Part shown: positions 12,801-24,466 of the stretch, piece by piece
Layout: the number at the start of each line of letters is the position of its first letter
How positions within the stretch are numbered: position 1 is the first letter of the stretch
Source of the DNA: Phoronis australis
Taxonomy: Eukaryota; Animalia; Phoronida
Reading direction: 5' to 3'
NCBI GenBank assembly: GCA_002633005.1
Contig: NMRA01000049.1
Coordinates: 590,881 to 654,880, forward strand
Length of the DNA stretch: 64,000 nt
The notes under the pieces: model-generated
The model's input: only the letters and a program-made list of their open reading frames with translations
Told to the model about the DNA's origin: nothing
The model's database searches: none
Position numbers and translations under genes: made by a program

Positions 12801-15800
12801 GTGAGTCGTAGTTTTGTACCTTTTGGGAGATGAAATTCACACGAGGCAGGGATTGACAAAGACATGGGCATTTTGAAGAAAGTTTCGTTCGTTTGAATTG
12901 GGAGATGACGTTGAAAAATGAAAATTTTGAAATTTCCAGCACAGGTGTTGAGTCGAACTTGGGTTTTAACCTGAATGAGTATGGTAAAAACCTGGGAACT
13001 ATAAAACCTGGGAACTATTTTTGTCAAAAGTTTGTTCTGTATTTGTGAAATCATTCTCTAATGAAAAGGTCATAAAGTATTCAAACACCTGTTGACGCAG
13101 TCATTGAAACCAAAACCACGATTTCTGGAGCTGGAGATCTCTTGTTTCGGCAGTAATGCAGGCTTGTGTGACTGGCAGTCATGGCAAAGTTCATCAGCTC
13201 TTATCATAGCAAAGGTCATCAGCTCATGTCATAGCGCATGAATTCAGTGATCCTCTGGACAGCTTTGGTACACTCATTAGATGGCAGCACTGTGTATCAC
13301 CATGGTGTAATTTTGGAGCTGTGCTTTAACATTGCCTGCACAATAATTCGAAGTTTTATGCGATCATGCAGCCTTTTTGCACCCTGAGTTTGTAACCATT
13401 GGGTGGCGTTCTTATCCTTGGTTTATGATCAGTGGCTGCTCAGAAGGACTGGTTTTGACCATCGTTTTATACTCCTCAGTCATCAAAATAATTGTATAGA
13501 TGAGTTTATATATATATATATATATATAGGAGTTTCTAAAAACGGTTTGTTCCAGTAATGCTGAAACATTTATGAGAAAATGGTCCGAGATTAGCTTGAA
13601 ATTTTTGTTGCAAAACTTTACTGATTTTTCAGCCAAATGGTATCGGTCAATTGTGTTAAACCACTGGGTTTCTGAGCAGCCGTTTTTCAGAGTTTCCGAG
13701 TAGTTTGTGTTGTTTATACTCCGGCTTGTGTGTCTTTGTTGAAGTATTTGCCTAACATTTTAATTCCTTTTTGAAATCATTGTTTTTCAGTGCATGCCGC
13801 GCCTCTGTTAAATGTTAGCTTGCCTAATATTAAGATTCTGGCTTAAATATAATTTTTTTGCACCTGTGTTGTCACTAGGACTATTGTTGGACGGCCTGGA
13901 CAGTACAACCGTATCTTAGGCTTCCGCACTGAAGAGGTTTGAGTGCATTCGGATATGATGTAGTGCCTTATTTGTCTGTCTGTCTGTCTCTGGAGGCCTT
14001 TGCGTATTAAGAAATTCTCAAAACAAGTATTTGCGGTAATGGGTAGAAAAATCTTTTTATGAAATGTACATTAATTGATCAGAATTTAGTTACTAAAACT
14101 CAACTTAAGACTTTCCAATTTTTTCAAAAAATGGTCAAAGTTTCGTGGATTTACATGCCGCGTTTACTGCAGACGTCTCCTTTTCTCAACTTCAGTACTG
14201 TTTAGTTCGAATAGGTTACTAGGCAATATCTGTTTTGTAGTAGGTTTCATCTTTACAAGTATGGAAACTGTCCTCCTGTAGATGTCACTGTTACTAACAC
14301 TCTTGCTACAGTCAGTATCCTGAGCAAGTGGCGCACTCTGTTGTTTATAGCTTTGCTCCACAACCAGTGGTGGCCAAACTGCTTACAGCATAGAGATTTT
14401 CTAAAACATTACCCCACTACAGAGGCACAACATTTGCCCTTTTGCAGTACCCTGTGTTTCCAAGTAAATGACAGAATTTCATGGTATGTTGGTCCGGTTA
14501 AGCCTGCAGCATACTGACCAATCTTTGACAGTGACAAAGATAATCACAAAGTGTGCTGCAGGCTTTATGGTGGACTATAAGGCATCCTAAGATTGAAGAC
14601 AGTGAGTAGAAATATGTACAAAAATTTTGAACTACGCAAAATCAAATTGGCCAAATAACTTTAAGCGAATTCATGACATAGAACATAACTTGTGCGTGTG
14701 AAAGTGTTCATTCTTGAATTCGATGAGATTCTGTTACCATTGAGATAACGCGTCTCTGCAGCTAGCTGTTGGTCATTGGCTATAACTGATAGACATCGTG
14801 TTGGCAGAGTGCGCTTTCACATTACTCATTCCTAGCGGTGAATTTGGTTTTCAGTTTCTGACATTCTACAGTCGTGCAAGCCCCTGTTCTTTGTTCTTTG
14901 CCTGCATGTGCGTACAGGACTTTGGAGACCATTAACAATCTTAAGCTTCCGTAACATTTCCTCTTCGTTCTAAATTTCTTCAGGATTCAAGGTAGACCCG
15001 GTGACTATGCACGTATTGCTGGCTTTAGACAGGAAGAGGTTTGCATGTTTTAGATAATTCCTTAGAGGGTGGCACAGATATACTGACGGCACTAAAAAAA
15101 TAGAATGATTTAAGTTCTGGGTGACAATGTCGTGCCGTTCTTCGCACCGTCTAAACCAGAGAAAACGTACCTAAACTAAACTAACTATAGGCCCCAGAAG
15201 TAGTCGGACAAAATGACATTCACAGATACGCCCTGGTGGATGGGGCAAGCACAAATTCTCTGTCAAATTAACTGTCTTTCTTGACCAGGAACTAAGGTTG
15301 ACCTCTCTGAAAAATGGGAGCATCGTGGGATTGCTGATATTCTTGACAGGCTGACTGTTTCATGAAAGTGAATTGAGACATGTCGTTGGCCATGGTGTTG
15401 CCAGATGACATGTAACTACAGGATAAAGTTATAATTTTTCCTTATCATTCTTTTGTTGAAATTACAGGGGGGGGGGTTCTTTTTGTAAAACTGATATCGA
15501 CTTCTGTCACTGGAGTTCCATGACATGATTTGTAATTCTCTCTGAAAATTTGTCTCTTGTGCCACCCCCTGAGATCACCTTTCTCTTCTAAAGTAGTTCT
15601 AACAATATTATTGTACATAAATTTATCGAATTAAACAAAACCAAAGATTTTTTGTACTAACCAATGATCATAAGATCAGTTGTTTAACTCACGAACAAAG
15701 CCTATTAATTCTGAATGACTGAGTCTGGATTTGAATTGGCATATTCACTGTTTTTACACTAACTGCATGCTTTTATATTAAGTTTCGCTCTGTCCTTATT

Positions 15801-18800
15801 TTAAGTTTTGCTTTGTCCTTGTTTAAGTTTCTTTGGAATGCCAGTGCGTGTTTTGTGTCATTCTAACAAATCTATTGCTCTTTTTAAGTAAGGTGAATCG
15901 GTTAATTGGTTGAAATCACTTGTAATTAAAACGCATTTATGATGAAAAAACAATCCTGAAATTAATGTAAAATGCATAGCTTAGAGGCCTTTATGCTGAG
16001 TTTTGAGTAGTAAGTTCACATCCATCAAATCAAATTACCTGCAAATCCTGTGAAGATATTCATTTTCAGTTGAATTTTTGTCCGATAACACTGAACTGTG
16101 TCTGTCAGCTCCTCCTTGTTACAAATACTATGAAAACAATCACGCAACTGTTAGTATGTCTTTCATATTGATGTTGTAGGGGGTTTTGCACCTGGCTTGA
16201 AGTAGTTTTCAAAATAAACTAGGCATACCTCTGCCACACAGCCAAACATGGACAAACTTCTTGCCAGAATTTATTACCAATTTAGTTGATTGTTTGTCTC
16301 AATAGCATGAGCATTTTTGTGGAATTATAAGATATTACGGTAGAGTGCGATGATAATGTTTATATGTAGATGGACCTGTAGGGTAACTTGTTCTGATTTC
16401 AAAAAAGTGGGTGGAGCAACACCTGTCAATATTTAACCTGAAGTAAAGCTTCTAGCTGAAAAGAAATAGATAGTTAGTACTGCTGTGGTTTTGTTCATCA
16501 AAAGTTTTTTCATTGCCATGCACATTTTATTTTGAAAACTGCTTTCAGGATATAACTGAAGTACGGTAAAAACCTTTTTACTTCGAACAAAAACATTATT
16601 TTTGCTAAAGTTGCAGTTTTTACATTTTAAGAGGTCTTCTACTATATCGCAAATACTCGATTTTTTTCCAAATGTTGTTTGGTGATATATGCAGTACAGA
16701 CGGTGAATGCTAAAGGCAAAGTAAAATTTCCTGAAAATTATTTTTGTAGAGAATTCTGAAAAAAATAAATGTCAGTTGTCTACCATATTGTTTCCCAAAC
16801 TGATTTTTTTACCTGAATTCTGCATATTGGCCTTTTTGCTGCCTTCTTCGTTATTACTGTTTCTGATCTCAAGTTTGTATTTTAGTGTGACCCGGCCGGT
16901 TGTCTGATTGACTTATGCATTCAGCTTGGAATAGTCATGCTTGGTAAACAGTGTATTAACAACTTCAAGGAATTATTTATACCGTAAGTTTGCCATTGTT
17001 ACAGTACACGCCAAAAGTATCCAGACAAAATGAACCGTAAGTTAACCTCGGTTGGATGGACAGAAGCCAAATTCATGGTCAGAGTAATATTTCCTCATGA
17101 CTGAGAGTGAAGGGGTCCAAAATGGAATGTTGGGAAGGTGGCTGACCCGTACTATTAAGAATTTTGTCGTAATTAGCTGTCATGCTGGGGAAAACTATTT
17201 TGTCTGATTACTTTTGCCTTGTACTGTATGTCTGTCTTTATTTTAAGAAACTAAATGGAGATTAATTGGAAGTTTAAATGTATATATAATTACCCGTATT
17301 GCTCAAGTCAAGAAGTATACGTACTATGTCTGACACAGAAAATATCAGTTTAAAGCCTTCGTGGGATAGTTTTTTGTTATCCTTGATTTATTGGATTTCG
17401 CAGGTGGTCATAGTGCTTCAGCAGCGCAAGACGAGATTATTCAAACACTCCGAATAGGTGTAGTAGACTTTCCATCGCAGTGAGAAAACAGGTAGCAAAG
17501 AACGTCTGCCTGCAGTATTTACTTGCAGTGGGTTCCAATGTATATTGAATAGAACGCCAATGTGGACGGTTGCTCGAAGCACGTGCAGCTGTTTGAATGA
17601 ACTGGGAACTTTGGTAGTAATGAAGACGAAAGGCGCAATAAGCCTTACCTTTCATTACATTTGACAATTGATGACTTCGTTGTCATCAGAATGGTTCTTG
17701 TATCATATTTTAGGAACTTAATTCACTTGTGTTAGTTTTTAGTAATGGAGGGTCTCTTAAACAATGGTGTGACACTGTTTAAAAACAATGGTATGGCACT
17801 GGTTGGTTTTTGGAAGGAAATCTTCTACTCTGCAAAGGCTTTAACAGTTGATGTTTTGTAGAGACTGTGCGTAATGTTTCTGTCATTTGGCAAATAATGC
17901 CATTAGGAAGGTTGGGTAGAAATTATTGCAGGTGCACAAACATCAAGCTTTCCACTCATCTACCATTCCATTGTTGCAAGGTTTCCTCGTTGACCTATTA
18001 AAGTAGTCGTCTTACATTGTAATCTTTTGTGGGAGTTTGCAAGATGCCCTGTTGACCATGGTTAAGTGGTTTCTACTTTCTCAATAGGTGGATATTGAAG
18101 TGCTTGCGCACACGCAAGTCTAAGAAGACCGAGAAAGAGAATGTGTACACTCGGTGGGAACAAGATTTTGATCTGTCGCTACAACCGAACAATGGATTAT
18201 TTGAGGAGTACTTGGAGATGGGTAAGTGGCAACATTAACCAATAGAAGGCCGAGGGACCATTCTTAATTGACCTATCGCAAGCTCCGCCCCCTTGCGAAA
18301 AGTCTACAAATAAACAATAAGTTCTACCCAACAACGCATTGTTTGCTGGGTAGAATGGCAGCTTGGAAACGATGGTTTGTCAAGAATGCTGCGTTCTGAT
18401 TGGTCAGTTAAACCGTCACTTATCACTGTTGTCATGTGTGTACAAACTGTATGCTTTCAGTGACCCTGTGCCTCCCCCCAAACGGTATGTCTATGCTTTT
18501 GTATGTGTGAGTGTGCTCAAAATTAAATGCCAATTTTGGTTTCTACAGTGATGTGGTATAAAAATAAAATATTTTTTGAACAGTTTTTGGTATTGTTTTC
18601 GGTGGGTTGGATCTCAGAAACATTTGTGCTATTTGGTATTTCGTAATGTTTTTATGATCTTAAAAAGTAACTAAAAACATTGACGTCTGTCATTTTTATG
18701 ACGTCAAAAGCGTATGCAAGCAGCAAGCCCCGACCCCGCCCCTCTAAAGCGTACCATTTGTACAATCTTGAAAGCATCGATAATTGCACGTTCTCACTTA

Positions 18801-21800
18801 ACACATGCATGGAAAAGTTCAGCTCCAGAGATATCTGCCAGCAATTATGCAAGAATATACTATCTAGTTTAACGGTTGATTTATTCAAGTTGGCAACAAA
18901 AGGGTGACCTCTTGGATACACTACTAGGCATCCTCCAAGCTGAGCACTAATCCTCTTCTTTATCAATCATCTATTGAATTTGAATAGCTGTTCTCCCTAG
19001 ACTCTCCTTTGTGGTGCATGAGAAAGGCTGATCACTGCATTTGCATACCGTCCAAGTGCAGTGACTGATATCGGCGCAAAACCTGGTGTACGTTTAGTAG
19101 ACGCATGAATTTCGCGGAAACAAAGATCACGCAAGAGCTTGCAAAATTACTCAAGCGAAAAGTTAGTGTTTCTCAATTTTGCTGAGGATGTTGCAAACTG
19201 GTGGCCACTGAAATGGTGAGGTTGTGATGTTGAGTTCATCATTTCAGTTGCGTAAACGAAGATGTCTAGCTCTGTAATGCTTCGCACTTGTGTCCAGTCT
19301 GCGTAGCACACTCTTGGCTATTGGCAGTATTGGCCAGTAGGAGATGGACGCTAAGCCTATGCCTTACAGTCTCAGCCTTGTAGGAAACTTCCTCATTACT
19401 CACAGTGTTTGCCTGGGCAGTATCAGCCAATTGGAGACTGACACAAATTCTATATGTGAGGGTAGTTTTAACCAATAGAACACTTCCACATAATATCAGT
19501 GTTGATCCAGGCTGTCTTGACAAATGGGGGGCAGCCTTAATCTCCAATTCATGTGTTATCACATAATAAGAGATTGGAAAAATAACATTTACTATATGAA
19601 ACAAATAGGGCCTGCTATAGCAAATCAGATCTTCGACATGTGTGGGTAATTAAAAGCTTTGTAGATTTAGACTTGAGTGTTACTGCACAGCACAGACTGC
19701 TGTGCAGACCGCCCCCTTTAGTCTGTTGTTAACTTCCTGTTCTGGTTTAATCAACTGTTTGCTTGCAGTCATTCAATTTGGCTTCGTCACCATTTTCGTC
19801 GCCGCCTTTCCATTGGCTCCATTGTGCGCCTTGATTAACAACTTCATTGAAATCCGATTGGACGCCTACAAGTTTGTGTGCGTGTGGCGACGACCAATGG
19901 CGGCGAGAGCTCAGGACATTGGTAAGTTCAGTTTCGCACAGAATATGCATGTATTAGTAATAAATATAGGGTGTCTTAAAAATTCGGTTCCCGCGGATTG
20001 GGCCTACTGTATGTTTACACCTTGCTATGAAAGTAGGCGTGAGTTGATACATGCTCTGTTTACACAGTAATGGCCAACAAACAACTCGGAAAATTGATCG
20101 CGCAATTCAGCTGTAAACTCAGATACGTCAAAATACATTTATTATGGTTTAAGGAATTGGTTCCTTTTTGATCACCTATTGATGAAATTAAACCAGTAAT
20201 CTTGTTCCTAAGTTAATACGCAATGCAGTTATTATCATTTGAAGTGTGGGTACTTTTTTCAAGACACCCTGTGTATCGTATTAATGTGGAAACTTTTGCT
20301 GGATATCTGAAGCTTACTGAGTCCTCTTCATTCCTACAGTGTCTTACACACTCGTCTGGGTTAACCTTCGTGTTCAACTTACACGCCCGCCCCAAATTTT
20401 AACTTTGTTGGAGTCGTGCTCAGCATGATTCCCTTCTCCTAATTTTTGAGTTTCCCAAGTCGAACACCCTGGGCATTAGTCTGGATGAGACAGGTAGTAC
20501 GTTGCGCGTCAGTGGTTGTTCACACTGCTCCATCACCTGGGACAGCCAATAACAAGGCACCGACTATGTATTGTTCTGCATGCTATGTCTTCCAAAATGG
20601 CAGGGTGGTCTAATTAGTCATTCATAAGTCACCATCTACACTCAACAATCTTTAAGATGTTGCACAGTCATTTGCTATCTAGTAACGGCGATTCTGCATG
20701 AATTTTTGAGACTCCATCTACAGGCAACTCCATGTTTGAACTTAATATTCTTAAACCGGACGATCGCCGCTCAAATAAAAAAGTTCATTTAGGACAACAA
20801 GTGCCAACATACAGCTCAGGTAACATCCATAGAGTGAAGTGAAAGATACATAGAATACTCTATGGATGTTACCTGAGCTGTATGTTGGCACTTGTTGTTT
20901 TAAATTGTTGTAAATATGATCCCGATGATGTCTATTGAAAAGACGAAACATTGAATTGAACATAAACTTTTTTACTTGTGCGGCGATCGTCCGGTTTTTG
21001 ATCTTATTGTGGCCAAAAACTGATTTAATTTATATTGTTAGTGACTGAAATATTGTGTACGCATCTTCACTGCCTATTTTCAGGTGTCTGGTTCTACATT
21101 ATAAAGACCATTGCTAGAATTGCTACTCTGACGAATGTAAGTTTTCATCCTCTTCATTTTGGAATTAGGGATTCAACAAAAATGTGTTCATTATGGTGCT
21201 GTCTCTGTCCCCCGATTATCTGTGTGCAACTACTGTCAGTCAGTTGTAAGGACTGGGGCCATTTAAAGGCAAGAAGTTCACGCTGAAAATGAGCCATCGT
21301 TGAACTGTAGTTCATCACAGTTTCATAAAGGGGACATGGGAAACTGGAAGGTTCAGCCAAAATATGGCATAGCAGTAACTTCTGGTTTTTTAAGGCGACA
21401 TTGATAAAAGTTCCATAGCTTTGGAAATCGCTGCAATTCGTAGCAGATGTAAATGATTCTTCTGTTGTTAGAAGTCATTCCTTACGCTGCCTATTTCCGA
21501 GATTTTGCCTTGCAAAATGGTCGCTGCTTTCTGAATGAGTAGCTGATTGTCAAATATTTGACCTTGAATTGACCTTGAGACTGTCTGTTGCAGGGGTTTA
21601 TTCTGGCTTTCACCTCGGACTTTGTACCCAAGCTGGTCTATAAGTACTTCTACAGTGACAATGAAACGACCGAGGGCTATGTAGCCTGGTCCTTGTCCTC
21701 CTTCAATACATCAGACTTTGAAGCTCGCAGCGTGCCGCAGGGTGTATGGAATGTCACAGAATGCAAGTACGTTCTTTGTTTTCAAAGTCCTGGATGTGTG

Positions 21801-24466
21801 AGTTCATGAGAAACCGTGAAAAGATCTGGTTTGTGAAACACTTCGACTCATTTCACCTGCAAGGGCAGGGTACAAGGTCACATGTTATCAGAGGTTATAC
21901 AACAAAATGTAGCGATTAACTCTCAACTGATACACTGTTCATTGTGGTAGATTATGATGACGGTTTCCTTGTGGGAATACTGACTAGTGTCTCAGTTCCA
22001 TTTTTATGAAAACTAGAAGTGTCATGTTAGTTTTCGCAAGCCTGTAAGCATCTTAGCTGCTACTGAGAACACGACCTCTTTAGGATCTCCTAAGCTGTAT
22101 TTAAAGTCGTGACATAACTCATTCTACTTTGGTAAGGTGTTCTGATTCCATGCATTTTTATTGTTCTTCAGTTGACATGCATTGGTATATAGATCTGTGC
22201 ACGTTTGTAAGACATGTGTTATGTTATGTGGCAAATTTGACGTTTGTTTTCAGTTTGCATAGCTTTATGTGTCCCAGTGGAAAAGAATTCAGTTGACTTT
22301 GAAAAAAACTTAAACTCCCTTACAGCACGATTTTGGTCAAATGGAAATGACAAACAACAAACTGGAATAAATCGAGTTAGCATTGATGAATGTTCCCAAT
22401 AAAGTCAATCAATAAACTCCATCTGGCCATTGTTTTAACAAACATGAACTAACAGATTTTCAAAGATGGAATTGCACGGAGCTTTTTAAAGCTCAAATCA
22501 TTAAGAGGGTTTGAGAATGTTGAACCTACCCGTTTTCGTTCACGGTTATCATGTCATCAACATGCCAATGTGTCATCACTCTTTCAGGTACCGTGATTTC
22601 CGAGAAAGTCAAGATGAAGGCTACACGTGGTCTCTGGCTTACTGGCACGTGTTGGCTGCGCGCCTGGCCTTTATTGTTGTTTTTGAGGTAAGTAGGCGCT
22701 TGTCCTCTTGAAATACCCTTTAGTCATTGTGTTTGTTTTCAGGCAGAAACTAAAGAAGCAGGACAGTTGCCCTGATGTATGTTGCTTCACTACTGTTGCA
22801 CACGTCCAGAGCCCTCATTCATCCGAGGGAAAAGGTGCTTGTCCCTTCTGAGGGAAATTTTTTGGGGTGAAGGGAAGATTCTGCCTCCCGATCGCCATCA
22901 GTAGCACCCCCTCCCACCCCGTTGCAAGCCCTCATAGGCTTTGTCTCAAGTAGCCAAAACTAACATTTTGCTCTCTTTCTAATTGTCAGTTATGTGAGTT
23001 ACAAGTGATTCGAACATCAGGGGAATTTTTCATCATTTGGGGGAATTTTTGGGCCTCATGGGATGGAACCTTTTTCAAACGGGAGTAGGGCTGATAATTG
23101 GGATTGAGGGCCCTGACGTCATTCATGACAGCGTGGGCTCAGGACCACCAAAGTTTACTCAGTCCCTTACCCAGATTTTGTAATTTCTTATGTCTTGGAG
23201 AACACCAAATATACTAAATCAATTAAAAGTACTCATTGAGCAATTTTGTTTTCCGATTAGTACTCCAGAAAGCTTGACCACCAATAATTTTAATTTTGAA
23301 TAAATGTTCATAGCTGGCACCATTACATAGTTTGGGGGATAGATTAATTATCTATAGGCGACCTGTTTGTGTTTGTGGACCTAGCTTTCGATCCCGTCGT
23401 GGGCCCTTTGTCGATGTACTGGTGGGTACTCTTTCAGCGGTTCTTCAACTCTATGTGGTGGCTGTTGCTTGCGCGTAGGTGCTGGTAATTACCTGGTAAT
23501 TCATATCCACTGTCTCTGTTTAATTTTAGTCTATTGCCCATGATTTTGACTGCTGCTCTAATTTTACGATTCCAATATTTATTTTCTGTAGATAATATTT
23601 TGACTATAAGCTTGCGAATGTTGTGCAAAATATCCATACATTGTTCTACAACCGTTGGGTTGTTGCTTTAGTGTGGTGCTTAGAGTCTTGGTAATTTATG
23701 GATATGAGTAAAGTTTGTTGGCCACGGGCCTATTTGAAATAAATAATGTTGAAATACATAAGATAACCGGTGATTTGAATTTTCATAACAAATAGTTCCT
23801 TTCAGATATTGTAGTAAGCCGATCGTACTGAGCGTCTCTGCCTTTTAGATATGATAAAGGATATTATCCCTGTGTGTCAGTGACTGAGGTACCTTTGGTA
23901 AATCAAAAGCACCATGTGGCTGTGTCTTTAATGTGCCGTAATGTGTTAGCTGTGTCGACATACTAACTTCCCCTGGCAATAGTCATTCACAGAGTCCTGC
24001 ATTCTGAGAACCAGTTTGAACCAATAGAGAAAACTGGTTCTCAAAGTGCAGGACCCCTGTAATGACTATTTATCCAGCTATCCTTGTCTACATTTATGGA
24101 ATAGGTGTCGCACATAATAGCCTCAGGGAATGCAAAAGTCAGATATAACATGCCCACATTATGATAACCAGTTTGCCGCGTGTTATTCAGTGGAAAAAAC
24201 TATTTTTCAAAATGGGGACTCCTGTAAGAGAATATTACCCAGCCTCCCCGTCCCCGGCTACATTAGTCCAATTGCCCTCTGCTTTTCAGCACTTCATCCT
24301 CTTCCTGACGTGGATCGTGGCTTACCTCGTGCCTGATATGCCGGCAGACGTCAAAGTTCTTGAGCTGCGGGAGAACTTCCTGGCCAAGAACGCCCTCTAT
24401 GACGCAGAGGTAGTCAAGGCGAATCGGGCCAAGTCTTCACACAGTGACAATTCTGATACTGTTTAG
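654..24466 (+). CDS. Anoctamin/TMEM16 family gene 1 (spliced; 5' part lies upstream of the window; TM1-TM2 loop to stop)
   Basis: Phase-consistent GT-AG exons give anoctamin motifs: [147 protein letters not shown]. The Ca2+-site residues in TM6-TM8 are retained. Confidence 0.96.
1749..1831 (+). CDS. Anoctamin gene 1 exon ([12 protein letters not shown]...YEEEE), 83 nt, copy a
   Basis: tttcag acceptor, gtaaag donor. Confidence 0.88.
2649..2786 (+). CDS. Anoctamin gene 1 exon (QNIRPEFEA...ILFM), 138 nt, copy a
   Basis: tttcag acceptor, gtaag donor. Confidence 0.88.
3837..4091. repeat. 40-bp tandem repeat, ~6 copies
   Basis: caagatttgtttcatcctcattgtcataatctgccaatgg units. Confidence 0.95.
4360..4442 (+). 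CDS. Duplicate copy b of the 83-nt anoctamin exon (probably allelic/assembly duplicate)
   Basis: Near-identical to 1749-1831 including the flanking intron. Confidence 0.75.
5238..5375 (+). CDS. Duplicate copy b of the 138-nt anoctamin exon (RWTSS vs RWASS)
   Basis: Near-identical to 2649-2786. Confidence 0.75.
6573..6737 (+). CDS. Anoctamin gene 1 exon ([15 protein letters not shown]...ITILNK), TM3-TM4, 165 nt
   Basis: ttcag acceptor, gtaag donor; same length as the paralog exon 59299-59463. Confidence 0.9.
7280..7316 (+). CDS. Anoctamin gene 1 exon ([12 protein letters not shown]), 37 nt
   Basis: ttttttcag acceptor, gtgagt donor; Y..VA..LT.W motif. Confidence 0.9.
7345..7581. repeat. 16-bp minisatellite with two unit variants
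   Basis: catgcaacctgtctgc and catggagcctggctgc interspersed. Confidence 0.95.
8545..8656 (+). CDS. Anoctamin gene 1 exon ([16 protein letters not shown]...FFKGR), TM5, 112 nt
   Basis: tgcag acceptor, gtagg donor, ends in phase 2. Confidence 0.92.
9063..9117 (+). CDS. Alternative (mutually exclusive) exon 1: (R)[18 protein letters not shown], 55 nt
   Basis: acag acceptor, gtatta donor; phase 2-0; matches the TM5-TM6 loop GxP...GxRxxE. Confidence 0.85.
9584..9647 (+). CDS. Alternative (mutually exclusive) exon 2: (R)[21 protein letters not shown], 64 nt
   Basis: tttcag acceptor, gtgaca donor; phase 2-0; NGxP..R.Y..G similarity to exon 1; the most divergent member. Confidence 0.65.
11907..11964 (+). 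CDS. Alternative (mutually exclusive) exon 3: (R)[19 protein letters not shown], 58 nt
   Basis: Polypyrimidine tract + ttag acceptor, gtgcct donor; phase 2-0. Confidence 0.88.
13879..13936 (+). CDS. Alternative (mutually exclusive) exon 4: (R)[19 protein letters not shown], 58 nt
   Basis: ctag acceptor, gtttga donor; phase 2-0. Confidence 0.88.
14984..15038 (+). CDS. Alternative (mutually exclusive) exon 5: (R)[18 protein letters not shown], 55 nt
   Basis: tttcttcag acceptor, gtttgc donor; phase 2-0. Confidence 0.88.
16886..16983 (+). CDS. Anoctamin gene 1 exon ([14 protein letters not shown]...NNFKELFIP), TM6, 98 nt
   Basis: ttttag acceptor in phase 0, gtaagt donor. Confidence 0.92.
18088..18221 (+). 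CDS. Anoctamin gene 1 exon (WILKCLR...RWEQDFDL...FEEYLEM), 134 nt
   Basis: atag acceptor, gtaagt donor. Confidence 0.92.
19769..19921 (+). CDS. Anoctamin gene 1 exon ([18 protein letters not shown]...AQDIG), TM7-TM8, 153 nt
   Basis: tgcag acceptor, gtaagt donor. Confidence 0.95.
19967..20271. mobile_element. Tc1/mariner-like MITE
   Basis: Termini tagggtgtcttaaaaa ... ttttttcaagacaccctg; TA on the left flank. Confidence 0.55.
20753..20997. mobile_element. Foldback MITE (nearly entirely inverted repeat)
   Basis: aaaccggacgatcgccgc/gcggcgatcgtccggttt termini; internal aagtgccaacatacagctcaggtaacatccatagagt is inverted. Confidence 0.75.
21084..21136 (+). CDS. Anoctamin gene 1 exon ([18 protein letters not shown]), 53 nt
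   Basis: ttttcag acceptor, gtaagt donor. Confidence 0.9.
21594..21766 (+). CDS. Anoctamin gene 1 exon ([16 protein letters not shown]...VTEC), 173 nt
   Basis: tgcag acceptor, gtacgt donor. Confidence 0.9.
22588..22687 (+). CDS. Anoctamin gene 1 exon (YRDFR...[10 protein letters not shown]), 100 nt
   Basis: ctttcag acceptor, gtaagt donor. Confidence 0.92.
23355..23700 (-). mobile_element. Penelope-like retroelement 3' fragment (GIY-YIG endonuclease C-terminus)
   Basis: [21 protein letters not shown]...[16 protein letters not shown] matches the PLE endonuclease tail IL..E.....RK..EA..I....LNRD.G..LP..Y; followed by a gatcgaaagct terminus. Confidence 0.7.
23978..24070. repeat. Short imperfect palindrome (~40 bp arms)
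   Basis: aatagtcatt...gagaaccagttt / aaactggttctc...aatgactatt. Confidence 0.7.
24290..24466 (+). CDS. Anoctamin gene 1 last coding exon ([18 protein letters not shown]...SDTV*)
   Basis: ttttcag acceptor, TM10/VPD.P motif, TAG stop. Confidence 0.88.
   Translation, partial: HFILFLTWIVAYLVPDMPADVKVLELRENFLAKNALYDAEVVKANRAKSSHSDNSDTV

Noticed and set aside
9676-16800. Further cassette exons at other AG sites (e.g. ~9676, ~10042, ~11282, ~13791)
   Set aside because: In-frame stops or no GxP/RxxE similarity; very degenerate copies cannot be excluded by eye.
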